A stretch of DNA of 61,146 nt, the filler included, from Malassezia furfur (taxonomy: Eukaryota): assembly GCA_052055015.1 (NCBI GenBank). It is 2 parts of 2 records of this genome, joined end to end, with 100 filler letters (N's around TTAATTAATTAA, not from the genome) between each part and the next. Parts side by side here need not be neighbours in the genome. Positions count along the whole stretch, not along the records: positions 30,640 to 61,146 come from JBQJIT010000101.1; 1 more part is not named here. One strand, 5' to 3'. Made by a program: the position numbers and the translations under genes. Under the pieces are notes generated by a model. The model was not told where the DNA came from and did no database searches. It saw only the letters and a program-made list of their open reading frames with translations. This document shows, in pieces, positions 48,906-59,585 of this stretch; the first letter of the stretch is position 1, and each line of letters starts with the position of its first letter.

Positions 48906-51055
48906 ATGCCCGATGACGCTGCGGACCCTGCGCCGGCGCACGCAGCGCCGGTGGATGCGTCGGACGGCGGTGCGGGCGCGCGTGCCGCAGACGAAAACGT
49001 TGTGACATTGCACATTGCCTCAGACGATGGGTCGGATACCTCGGATCCGCTGCCCGCCGACGACGAGGACGGCGCAGAGCCCACGACGCTCTACCTCTGG
49101 GACGAAGACAGCGACGCGGACGACGCGGCGCCGCCCACGCCACGGCCGCGCGCGCGCAACCTATTTGCACCCACACAGGCGCTGCCAACCGTCGCCAACT
49201 GGTGGCGCACTTTGCTGATCGGCTCCGCAGCGCCTGGGACGTTGTCGGTCGGTCACGTCGCCATGAACCTGCTCGGCTCGAGTCTGCACCCCGGTGTGCT
49301 GCTCGCGATGCCCGTCTACTTTACGCGCGCCGGAGTGGTGCCGGGCATGATCGTTGCCGTGTTTGTCGCGGTGCTGGCGGCGTTCGGCGCGGCGCTCTGG
49401 ATCACGCTCGGGCGCTACGTCGGCGGCACCACGATCGAGGCGATCACGGCGCGCGCGTTTGGCGTACACACACAGTGGCGCCGCAATCTTGGGCTCGGGC
49501 TGAGCAGTGTGGTGCTGATCCTATACTGCACGGGTGCCGCCGTCGTCGGCTATCATGGTACGTTGCGCGGCATGCTCTAACGCAGCCATGACCGATCTGC
49601 TTCTCCAGGTGTTCTTCCACTACGTTCGGCCAGGGCACCTGCTGCACGACCGCGCGTTTGTCACCCTATTTATCGGTGGAGTTATGGTACGCTGCGTGCT
49701 CACACAGACCTTGCCGCTGCTCGTGTCGGCCACGCCGAAACGCAACATGATCCAGATCCAGTCGTGGACGATGGTGCTGTGCTACCCGGTGGTCGTCGCG
49801 CTCCTCTACGCACACACAGACGACTGGGAGGCGCCGGCGCCCCCCGCACACACCGAAACCGTGCCGATGCCGCGCCTGCACGACTACGCATGGCCCTGGG
49901 CCAGCACGGCGATGCTGCCCCTGCTGATGCTGAGTGCGCTCCCGGCGCAGATCCTTGCGCACAGCCGGAGCCTGCGGCGCAAGACGGCGTACGACTCCAA
50001 CGTGCGCGCGTTTGCGCTCGCGCAGCTCATCCAGACCGCGTCGATGCTCGTGATCGTCTACGTGCTCGGCGCCGACCTCGGCATGGTGGGCTCCGAGCAG
50101 CTTGGACGAGGACTGCACGCCAACTTTTTCGACTCGCTGCCTTTCGACGACGACCACGTGAATGGGGCGCGCATGCTGTTCGCCATGATGTTGGCCGCCC
50201 ACCTGTGTGTGTGCTTGGCGTCGGCGCGCTCGTCGTGGAGTCGGCTGCTCAACCTGCTCAATGTGCACCCCCTGCGTAATGTGCAGCCTCCCACGCCGCA
50301 GCGGCAGGCATCGACGCCGAGCCGATTCATGAGCCGTGCGTCGTCGTTTGCGAGCCCGCGGTGGCTCCCGCCGCCGATGCGCTCCTCGGGACTGCACCTG
50401 CCGCCGCTCGACGCCGGCGCGGCGCTCGAGGAGCGCGCGTGGCGCCGCTTCCGCTTCCTCCGCGGCTCGCTGTCCGGCATTGTGCTGTGGGTCATCACCG
50501 CGGGCATCGCCTACTTCTCGGGCGTCGGCGGCGTGTTCCGCCTCAACGAGAAAGAGGGAGAAGAGCTGCGGTTCCTGCGCTCTGTCGAAATCATCGGCAT
50601 CCTCGGCGCGATCGTTGGGTTTCTGCTCCCAGCGATACTCTGGCTCGTGCTCTTCCGTATCCGGCGGCCGCGCGCGATCCTCGTGTTCCAGTCCGACTCG
50701 ATGCGCCGCCGACTGAGCCAGTACCTGCTGAGCCCCCTGAGTGCACTCATCCCCGTTGCGCGTGAGGAGGAGACACACACGCTATTGCCCCACGACGAGG
50801 AAGAGGAAGCACATGACGCGCACGACGCAATCCCCTCGCATGAGAACGAAGAGGGGCCGTCGACGCGCGACGAAGCGACGCTGATCCTTCTCGCACGCAA
50901 GGAACGTGCTTTGCAGCGCCAGACACGCGAGTACGTTGGAACACTCACACAGACGTCGGCTATGGCAGGAACTCGTTGTGGTCGCAGTGCTGCTTCCGTT
51001 TGGCCTGTTTTTGGTGATTTCCTCGGCGATCGAGTTGGTCGGCGGCGGCTACTAG
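48906..51055 (+). CDS. Amino-acid transporter-like (Aa_trans/AAAP) polytopic membrane protein; introns 49558-49585, 49687-49707, 50931-50952
   Basis: MNLLGSSL..GVLLAMP.YF.RAG..PG, multiple hydrophobic helices, GAIVGFLLPA. The last exon restores a terminal transmembrane helix (LWQELVVVAVLLPFGLFLVISSA). Confidence 0.75.
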
Positions 51056-51369
51056 GTTGCCCTTTCTTTCCTATTTGTATTCGTAGAAACGAGCGTTTTT
51101 CGCTATTGTGGAGGAGCGCTAGGCATCGTGGTCGCGACAGTGCTGTGCGGCGTGGTGGCGAGTACGTCGGCCCTACATGGACACGCACCTACGGCGTATG
51201 CCGACCTTGTGCCGCTCTTCGCGCTGGGCCCGTACGCTGCCCCGCGGCTGTCCCTGCCCGCCGTGCCAACGCTGTGCGCACGCCACGCGCCGCCTGACCA
51301 AGTGGAGGCCAAACGAAGCACCGCGGCATTTGTCAGCGACGACGATCGACGCCGGCGTGGTTCGCAGCG

Positions 51370-53497
51370 ATGCGACGCGAGATTCGGGTCGTGCTGGCCG
51401 GTGATCCCGGCACCGGCAAATCGACGCTCATCACGTCGCTCATAAAGGAGACGTTCGTGGAGGATGTCCAGGAAATTGTGCCGGAGCTGACGCTGCCGGC
51501 GGATGTGTCGCCCGAGGGCGTCACGACGAAGATTGTGGACACCTACCGTACGTTGCGGCCCCGCTGACGCAGCGCACTCGGAGTACGAGGAGCGGCAAGA
51601 GACGGAGCTGCGTCGTGCCAACGTGATTGTACTTGTATACTCGGTCATCGATACGGAGTCGTTCGAGCGGATCCCCTCGTACTGGCTCCCTTATATCCGC
51701 TCGCTCGGCATCAATGTGCCCGTGATTCTGGTGGGCAACAAGGTGGACATGCGGCAGAGCGACTTTGCGGACGAGGCGCTCGAGGAGGAGATTGCGCCGC
51801 TCATGGCCGACTTCAAGGAGGTGGAGACATGCATCGAGTGCAGTGCGCGGCTGGCGCTGAACGTGAGCGAGGTCTTTTTCTACGCACAAAAGGCCGTGCT
51901 GTACCCCACCGCGCCGCTGTACGACTCGCGCACGCACACGCTCAAGCCCGCGTGTGTCGAGGCGCTGCGCAACATATTCTGCCTGTGCGACACCGACAAG
52001 GACGGCGTGCTGAACGACGAGGAGCTGAACGACTTCCAGTTGCTGTGCTTCAATGCGCCACTCCAGCTGCAGGAGCTCGAGGGAATCAAGCACCTCGTCA
52101 TGGACGGCGAGGAGGAGCTCAGTGACCCCCCGCTTGTGGATGGTGCCCTGACGCTTGCCGGTTTCTTGTACCTGCACACGCTGTTCATCCAGCGCGGCCG
52201 GCTCGAGACGACGTGGACCGTGTTGTGGACGTTTGGGTACGGCATGGACTTGCAGCTGTCGCACACGTACGTTTACCCTCCGTTCGACGTGCCGGCCGGC
52301 ATGGCCGTCGAGCTGTCGCCGAGCGGCTATCAGTTCCTCACCGAGGTGTTCAAGGCACACGACAAGGACCACGACGGTGCGCTGAACGAGGCGGAGCTGG
52401 CGTCGCTCTTTGCGACCGCCCCTGGCGGGCGGCATCCGTGGGGCGCGGGCTTCCCCGCGAGCACAGTGACCGACGAGGCCGGCGCCGTGACACTCCAAGG
52501 CTGGCTCGCGCAGTGGAGCATGACGACGCTGCTCGAGCACCGCACGACGCTCGCGTACCTTGCATACCTGGGCTACCCCCTGTTTGCGCATCCGCTGCAC
52601 CTTGGCGGCAGCGGCACACACACGCCGACGCATGCGGGCGCGGCGACGCACAGCAGCGCGCCGACGTCGTACGCGTGGCTCGACGGCGCGGCGGGCAACG
52701 CCAAGGCGAGCTACGAGGAGAAACCCGCGGCGACCGTGTCGGCGCTCAAGCTTGCGCGCCCGCGGCGCCCTGGCGACCGCAAGCGGCACGGCGCGGAGCA
52801 GAGCAGCGTGTTCCTGGCCCTGGTGCTCGGTGCGCCCGGAAGCGGCAAGACGGCGCTGCTACGCACGCTCGTGGGCAAGCCGTTCCAGACGCGCTACACG
52901 CCGACGCACCGCCTGCGGCGCGCCGTGTGTGCCGTGGAGCAGGGCGGTGCGGAGCGCTACCTCGTGCTCCAAGAGTACGGCTCGCGCAACGAGGCCGAGG
53001 CGCTGCGCTCGCCCGCGAAGCTTGCCCACGTGAACGCGATCGTGTTTGTGTACGACTCGAGCGACACCAACTCGTTCTCGTACGTGTCCAACCTGCGGCA
53101 GCAGTTCCCTGCCCTGGCGCACTTCCCCACGCTGTTTGTCGCGACCAAGTGCGATTTGGACCTGGCGCAGCAGCGGCACGAGGTGCAGCCGGACGTGTAC
53201 TGCCGCAAGCTCGGGCTGCACATCCCGCACCTCGGCGCGGGCCCGCTGAATGTCAGCGCGGCGCTCGGTCAGCTCGCAGAGCTCGACTCGCTGATTGTGA
53301 GCATCGCGGCGGACCCACGCGGCGCGGTGCCCGTGTCGTCGACCTCGCTGTCGTACGCGCGGATGCGCTGGCGGATGGGCGCGTACGTCGCCATCGCGCT
53401 GTTTGGCGCGACGGGCGCGGCGTGGACCGTGTGGCGGCTGCTGCCGCGCGGCAACTGGCTGGGGCGCGTACCGTGGGCGTCGCGGATGGATTTGTAG
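51370..53497 (+). CDS. GEM1: Mitochondrial Rho GTPase Gem1/Miro; intron 51548-51572
   Basis: GDPGTGKST GTPase 1, two EF hands (DTDKDGVLNDEE, DKDHDGALNEAE), GWLAQWSMTT, second GTPase GAPGSGKT, C-terminal TM anchor. Confidence 0.96.
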
Positions 53498-53520
53498 TAC
53501 TGTACAGGCTGCCTATTCGA

Positions 53521-56112
53521 CTACCACCCCTTGTGATGGAACGACTGCTCGTCGTAACGCCGTAGCTCGGCCGTGCTCGTGGCTCCTGCCTGCGACACGC
53601 TGCGCCGCGAGGCCAGCGGCGTGCTCGAGCCGCTGCTGTCCTCGCTCGGCGGCACACCGAGTCCGAGGAGGCGCGCGCGCGACTGGCGCTCCCACAGCAG
53701 GTTCTCGCGCAGGCTCTCGGACAGCTCGTCGCGCAGCATGTTGCGCCGCAGCGTGCGCGGCGACTGCAGCGTCGGCGCCGGGATCGGCAGCTCCGTCATG
53801 CTCTGCGTCTGCCGCGGAGACACGGGCGACTGCGGCTGCGTCCGTGGCGGCGTCGCCTGCGGCACACGCTTCAGGTTGAAGTAGTCCTCGGGCGCGTCCT
53901 GGTCGACCTGCAGCGCCAGCGACGGGCCGCCGCCCTCTTCGGTGGGGCTCCACGTCTGGCTCGACGAGCGCGACAGCGACGACTCGCTCCGGCGCCCCTC
54001 GGGCACGCCGGGCGTCAGCACCGCGCCCAGCGACGCACGCAGGTCGGTGTGGCTCGCCGTGTCCGGGCCGCGGTGCGCGAGCGCCGCAAGGCGCGCGAGT
54101 GCCGTGCTGCTCTTGACGCGCTCGGGCGGCGCCATGGTCGCCTGCACCTCGCCGGGGGTCGACGTGCCGTCCTCCTCCACACTGCCCGCCGAGCCGCCCG
54201 AGACGAGCGAGGTGGTGCTCGGCATGCGGCGCACGTCCATGCTGTTGCGCCCGGTCGTGGAGCGCAGCGAGGTCAGGTTGAGCAGCGGGAGCGCAATCGC
54301 GCTCTTGCTCCGCGACACGAGTGGGGGATGCGCCACGGTGCTGGTGCGCCGCAGCGCCGGCGCCTCGGTGCCGAGCGTCGGCGTCGATACATTGCGTGCG
54401 TCGGCGTCGGCGCCCGCGCGCGCCGGCAGCGCCGCGAGGCTCATCGTCTTGCCGGAGAGGGGGTGGCGCGGGCGTGCCAGTGGCGGGCGCGTGGGGCCTC
54501 CTGCGCCCGGCGCCGCGATGCTTCCGCGGCGGGCCTCGGCAGGCGCATGGAAGAGCGACGAGAGCAAGCCGCGCGTGGGGTGGCTCTGCTCGCCGTCGGC
54601 CGCGGGCGCAGGCGTGGGTGTGGCGTCCTCGGGCTTCTTGGCCGCCGACAGGTCGGCCAGACTCATGGAGCGGATCGGGCGCTTTCGGAACATTTCCATG
54701 CGCTCGCGCTCCTCGGCCTCGCGGCGCTTGCGGCGCGCCTCGGCACGCTCGGCGGCACGCAGCCGCTTTTCCTCCTCCTCGTCAACCTCGCACCACTCGT
54801 CGTCGTCGCGAGCAGGGGCGGGCGCGACCTTGTTCTCCTCGTCCTCCGAGTTGTCCTCGGCGCCGGTCGTGAACTTGATCGGCGTGCGCTTCTTTTTCGG
54901 CTTGGCCGCGGGCTTCTCTTCCGCGGGCTCGGCGTGCGTCATGGCGAGCATCTGCATGAGCTGCGCACGCGTCGCACCGCCACTGCCCTTGGCGGCCGTG
55001 CGCAGCGCGAGACGCTCCTGGCTGCGCTGCTGTCGCGCGCTCTGCCCACGGCGCGCGCGGGTACCTGTAAGTTGCGTCGTGGTCGCGCTGCGCTGCTGCG
55101 CCTGCAGCCGCGCCTCGGCGGTGCGTGCGGGGGCCGCCGCACTCGGCAGTGCAGCGGCCTCGACGGGCGGGGCATAGGTTACCTGGTTGCTGACGGTCGG
55201 CGAGCCCTGCGTGGACGCGGGGTGCGGCGAGCGCGCGCGCGGTGTGGGCGTCTGACTCGTCCACTCGGTGCCCACCGAGGAGGACGCCTGGCTCATCTCA
55301 GACGCATGGGGGTATGAAGGAGCCGGCGTGGCGTCCGCAGGACGCGCCGGCGATGCGGGGGTCTCGGACGCTGGGGTCTCAGGCGCGGGGGTCTCTTGCG
55401 ACGGCGGTGCATCGGCGCTGGCCGGTGCGGTCTTGTCGCTGCCCGTCGCCGAGCTTGAGCGCGAGCGGTGGCTCTGCGCACGCGGCGTCACCGTGCCCGT
55501 CGTCGAGAGCGAGGTGGCGTGCGAAGGCGTGCCGGTGGCGCCCTGCAGGAAGGCGTCGCGCACCGCCTCGTGCGTGCCATCCGGCACGCGCGGTACGGAC
55601 GCAGAGCGGCGCTCGCGGACCTCGCGTACCAACGAGGCGATGCGCTCTTTCCACGGGGCATCGGCGCCCGGCGCAGGAATTACGGCGGTAAACGCGTTGG
55701 ACGTCGGCGCGGAGTCTGCGTCTGCGGCGTGGGCCTCGCTGTGCCCGTCCTCGCTCGAGGCCGACTCGTCCGTGGACAGCTCCGGCTCGGACAGCGGCGT
55801 CGGCACACGCGCCCCGTCTGGGAGCTTGCCGTTGGGGGCGTCGGGCGAGGCGAGCGGCGGCGGGGTGGATGCGGGGTGGTCTGCGCTGGCGCGGCGGTGC
55901 ATCCCTTGTGACTGGCGGAACCACAGGCGCCACGACAAGTTTTCAAAGCGCTGTCCGTCTTCGAGCGCCTCTTTGCATTTGGTGAACACTGCGTGAGCGG
56001 CGCGGGCCGACGTACCGTTCCAGAAGCGGGCGACTTGCTCGACGTCGTCTGTATTCAGGCTCGCGAGCTTGGCACGCGACACCGCGAGGATGGGGTCGTG
56101 TAGGCGTTCCAT
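53521..56112 (-). CDS. Fungal DUF1752/DUF3295 protein; probable intron 55989-56015
   Basis: FWN|VFTKCKEALEDGQRFENLSWRLW at the N-terminus; SPRTLRRNMLRDELSESLRENLLWER…FHHKGW at the C-terminus. Confidence 0.85.
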   Translation of the reverse strand: MERLHDPILAVSRAKLASLNTDDVEQVARFWNGTSARAAHAVFTKCKEALEDGQRFENLSWRLWFRQSQGMHRRASADHPASTPPPLASPDAPNGKLPDGARVPTPLSEPELSTDESASSEDGHSEAHAADADSAPTSNAFTAVIPAPGADAPWKERIASLVREVRERRSASVPRVPDGTHEAVRDAFLQGATGTPSHATSLSTTGTVTPRAQSHRSRSSSATGSDKTAPASADAPPSQETPAPETPASETPASPARPADATPAPSYPHASEMSQASSSVGTEWTSQTPTPRARSPHPASTQGSPTVSNQVTYAPPVEAAALPSAAAPARTAEARLQAQQRSATTTQLTGTRARRGQSARQQRSQERLALRTAAKGSGGATRAQLMQMLAMTHAEPAEEKPAAKPKKKRTPIKFTTGAEDNSEDEENKVAPAPARDDDEWCEVDEEEEKRLRAAERAEARRKRREAEERERMEMFRKRPIRSMSLADLSAAKKPEDATPTPAPAADGEQSHPTRGLLSSLFHAPAEARRGSIAAPGAGGPTRPPLARPRHPLSGKTMSLAALPARAGADADARNVSTPTLGTEAPALRRTSTVAHPPLVSRSKSAIALPLLNLTSLRSTTGRNSMDVRRMPSTTSLVSGGSAGSVEEDGTSTPGEVQATMAPPERVKSSTALARLAALAHRGPDTASHTDLRASLGAVLTPGVPEGRRSESSLSRSSSQTWSPTEEGGGPSLALQVDQDAPEDYFNLKRVPQATPPRTQPQSPVSPRQTQSMTELPIPAPTLQSPRTLRRNMLRDELSESLRENLLWERQSRARLLGLGVPPSEDSSGSSTPLASRRSVSQAGATSTAELRRYDEQSFHHKGW

Positions 56113-56348
56113 ATGTCAATACGGCGCCACACTCTTATTCCATACTCTGGGGTACGACGCGCGGCCCAACGACGGGTGGATGCCACCGAGAACCGTGAAG
56201 CCTTTCCCCCAGAGGACCCCCGGCAAATTTTACGCGTGTGCGGAGAAGTTCGGCCGAATGTAATCTACTGCGCGGTAGATGCCGGCGACGCGCGATCCAC
56301 GTGGGGGACCACCCCCACTTTCGCAGCGCGCGCGCGCGCGCCAATCAA

Positions 56349-59300
56349 CTACGAGAGATCAAAGCCGGCCTCGCTGTGAATCGCGTAACGCAGCTTTTCG
56401 AGGCACTGTTCGCGCGAGGTGTACGCGGGCAGCTTGAGCAAGTTGACGCACGTCGAGGCGGTCGGCAGCCGCGACACATCGTCGCCCGCGTGCCGGATGG
56501 CGAACTGCGGGTGCAGCTCGCCAAAGCCCAGCAGCGGCGGGTTCGGCGACGAGGTGACGAAACGCAGGAACGCGCGGCGCGACGCCGGGTCGAGGCTCTC
56601 GAGCGCCTCCCAGAAGTAGGACACGGCGAGGTCCTTTTCGTGGTAGCCGCCGTACACGGTGTGTGCGCGCAGGTCAGCGACGTCGACGGGCGCCTCGGTG
56701 CCGGACACGAGCACGCGCAGCTCGTCGCGGCTCAGGACGCGCAGCCAGCGCGGCTCGATGAGCTCCGTGAGGCCGCGCAGGAACGCGGCGCACTGCGGCT
56801 CGATCTGCGTGCTGAGGCGGTAGCGCGACATGTGGTAGATGTACGATAGGCGGTTCTCGTTCGTGACGGGGATCTCGGCGCCGCCGGGGACGAGCTCGGT
56901 GGTGTGCGTCACGCCAAACTCCTCGTCGGACACGGTGAAGTTGAGCGCAAAGTCGTTCTCGACGTCGCCCGTGTAGTTCTTGAGCTGGATCAGCCCGCGG
57001 TACAGGTCCGCATCGAGACTCTGCAGGCTCGCGACGTCGTCCAGATAGCTCTGGTGCCCGAGCCACTTGCCCAGGAAGAAGCTCGCAAACGGCACGTCGA
57101 CGAGGATGCCTTCGTACAGCGCCTTGCCCAGGATGCGCCCCAGGAAGGTGTACCACGCGAGCTGCTCTGGCTGCCGCGCGTAGCTGTGCGGGTTGGGGTA
57201 CAGCTCGTTGCGCGCATTGGCGCGCCACAGCCCGCGGTCCGTGTCAAACACCTGCCGCACGAGCGAGGTGAGGAACTCTTTAAAGACGCCGCCGCCATCG
57301 ATCCCCGCCTCGGGCTGCCCAAACTGGTCGATAAACACGATTTCAACGGGCTCCTTGAGCCGCGGGCCGAGCGCGTTGAGCTGCGCCATGCCGTCCTCGG
57401 CAATGGCCGCGCGCCGCACCGTCGCGCGGTGCCGCTGCGTCGGGAGGAACGCGTCGCGTGCGATGTGCAGCCGCTCGGCGTCGCTGCGCACAAACTGCCG
57501 GAAGATTTCGACGCGCACCTCGAACGGGATCACAAACGGCAGGTGGTGCAGCACACGCAGCCGCGGGCCGATGAACGCGAGCGTGCGCGACGAGAGCGCC
57601 ACGGGGCGCGCGCGCGCACGCCCTGCCTCGTCGTCCGCCTCGTGCTCGGTCAGCAGCTCGCGCTCCTCCACCACCACCGACTGCACAAACGACGCGACGT
57701 CCTCCTGGCTCAGCATGTGCCAGTGGCTGCGCGGCGTGAAAGGGCGCCGCGTGTCGCGCGTGTGCAGCTGCTGCAGCAGCCGCGCCGCGCCGTCGCGCAG
57801 CGTCGCAAGCGGCACGGCCGTGCCAGGCATCATCGCGGGTGCGCCGTCGTCGCCCACGAGCTCGGCGTGCCAGTACAGCACAAACGCGACGTTGCGCAGC
57901 ATCGCGCTCAGCGTCACGAGCTCGTCGAGCGTCAGCGGGTTCTTGCCCGCGGTCTGCAGCCGGTCCGCAGGGTAGAACTCGTCGTCGCCCATCGTCAGCA
58001 GCGCGCGCGTGTACAGCTGGCACAGCAGCCACAGCATCGGCCATTCGTCTGCGAGCGATGCGTCGGTGAGCGCCGCACGCGTCTCGGTGAGGCGCGTCGA
58101 CGGCGTGGGCGCGCGCAGTTGCCGCGCCAGGCGGCCTCCACGCACGTATCCGCGCCACAGCTCGCGCACCATCGCACCGACCGCCGGCAGATGTGCGGCC
58201 GCCGACGCGCGGCCCACGGTGTCGTAGCCGTACAGCACCGTGGTCAGCACATGCTCGCCGTCTGCTCGCGGCCACGCCTGCAGCGTCGCAACCAGGTACG
58301 CGCTGAGCGCCGCGCGCGTCTGTGCCGCATACCGCGTGCTCTGTGCAAGGAGCGTATGGAGGTGCGCATCCGATACGGCGATGCGCAGGTGCCGCCGCGT
58401 CGACGCGTCGAGCGCAGGCGCCGCGCCATCGACGTCCATCGCGTCGGGCGGTGCGTCGCGTGCGTGTGCGGCGTCCGTGCATGCCGCAAAAACGTGCGGC
58501 GGCAGCGTGTTTTCCAGGAGCGTCAAAACACCCAAGTAGGCGCGCAGCTGCGCGGCGTCCATCCGAGCCACGCGCGGTGAGCACAGCGCCAGGTAGTGTG
58601 CAAGCAGGTAGGGCGAGTGCGTGGGGTGGCGCCCGGGTGTGTCGCTGGAGCCGAGCGCCAGCACATGCGCATTCACTTCGTCCAGCGGCAGCTGCGCCGC
58701 TAGCGCCGCGACACTCGGCAGCGGGAGCCGCGGGAGCAGCTGCGCGGTGGTCAGCGTCCATGCCACGAGCCCACGCAGCGCAAGGGCGCGTGGCGGCGTG
58801 TTGGGCGCGTCGTCTGCTGCGGCCGCGGCTGCCTGTGCGGCTGCCTTTGCCGCGTCGGTCGGCGCCGCAAACACGGCGAGCGGGCGCAGACACAGTGCGA
58901 GACACACGCCCGCGTCGTCACTACGCTGCACGGGCAGGGCATCGAGGTAGTGGTGCAGCGCACGGTATAGGTCCCAGCGCACCAGACGGTGCAGGAGCGC
59001 CGCCTGTGCCTCGGCGGGCGGCGCTTCGGACACGAGGCGCAGGAGCGCCGCGACAAATGTCCCGCCGAGCGCGCCGAGCTCCGCAGGGAAGCGGAACAAC
59101 ATATGCAGCATGTGCCGCGCCATGAGTGCGAGGAGCGCCTCGTCGGCCGCGTCAGGTGCGGTGTGCCCCACCTGTGTGGCCCATGCGCCGACTTCGGCGG
59201 CGTGCTGGGCGTCGTACGTCTGTGTGGTCCCGGAGAAGAGCAGGAGGCGCGTGCGGTGCCGCCATGCCTCGCCCGTGCATGCGTCCCATGACCCGTGCGC

Positions 59301-59519
59301 GAGCTCGGCGGCGTGCGCCTCCCGCACGCGTTTCGCAACTTGGTGCGCACGGAACGCCGCCTGGATGTGCGTGGCGGCGGTCATGCGCCGTTTCTGAATA
59401 TGGCGGTCGGCACGCAGCGCACGGGCCTGGGCGGCGAGCTGCGCCGCGGACGGCCCGCTCGCGCCGCCCAGGTTGATGTGCCGCGCGGGCCGTGCGGAGC
59501 CCGTAAAGTTGTACTCCAT
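56349..59519 (-). CDS. HUL5: HECT E3 ubiquitin ligase Hul5/UBE3C with IQ motif
   Basis: FTGS….INLGG, IQAAFR, PFVIPFEVRVEIFR, EAGIDGGGVFKEFL, RLPTASTCVNLLKLP, GFDLS. Confidence 0.93.
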   Translation of the reverse strand: MEYNFTGSARPARHINLGGASGPSAAQLAAQARALRADRHIQKRRMTAATHIQAAFRAHQVAKRVREAHAAELAHGSWDACTGEAWRHRTRLLLFSGTTQTYDAQHAAEVGAWATQVGHTAPDAADEALLALMARHMLHMLFRFPAELGALGGTFVAALLRLVSEAPPAEAQAALLHRLVRWDLYRALHHYLDALPVQRSDDAGVCLALCLRPLAVFAAPTDAAKAAAQAAAAAADDAPNTPPRALALRGLVAWTLTTAQLLPRLPLPSVAALAAQLPLDEVNAHVLALGSSDTPGRHPTHSPYLLAHYLALCSPRVARMDAAQLRAYLGVLTLLENTLPPHVFAACTDAAHARDAPPDAMDVDGAAPALDASTRRHLRIAVSDAHLHTLLAQSTRYAAQTRAALSAYLVATLQAWPRADGEHVLTTVLYGYDTVGRASAAAHLPAVGAMVRELWRGYVRGGRLARQLRAPTPSTRLTETRAALTDASLADEWPMLWLLCQLYTRALLTMGDDEFYPADRLQTAGKNPLTLDELVTLSAMLRNVAFVLYWHAELVGDDGAPAMMPGTAVPLATLRDGAARLLQQLHTRDTRRPFTPRSHWHMLSQEDVASFVQSVVVEERELLTEHEADDEAGRARARPVALSSRTLAFIGPRLRVLHHLPFVIPFEVRVEIFRQFVRSDAERLHIARDAFLPTQRHRATVRRAAIAEDGMAQLNALGPRLKEPVEIVFIDQFGQPEAGIDGGGVFKEFLTSLVRQVFDTDRGLWRANARNELYPNPHSYARQPEQLAWYTFLGRILGKALYEGILVDVPFASFFLGKWLGHQSYLDDVASLQSLDADLYRGLIQLKNYTGDVENDFALNFTVSDEEFGVTHTTELVPGGAEIPVTNENRLSYIYHMSRYRLSTQIEPQCAAFLRGLTELIEPRWLRVLSRDELRVLVSGTEAPVDVADLRAHTVYGGYHEKDLAVSYFWEALESLDPASRRAFLRFVTSSPNPPLLGFGELHPQFAIRHAGDDVSRLPTASTCVNLLKLPAYTSREQCLEKLRYAIHSEAGFDLS

Positions 59520-59585
59520 CGTCGTCCGCCACTAAGTGACGCAAGCGCCGATCGCGATCGGGAAAAATCCAGGGCATGTGGAGGG

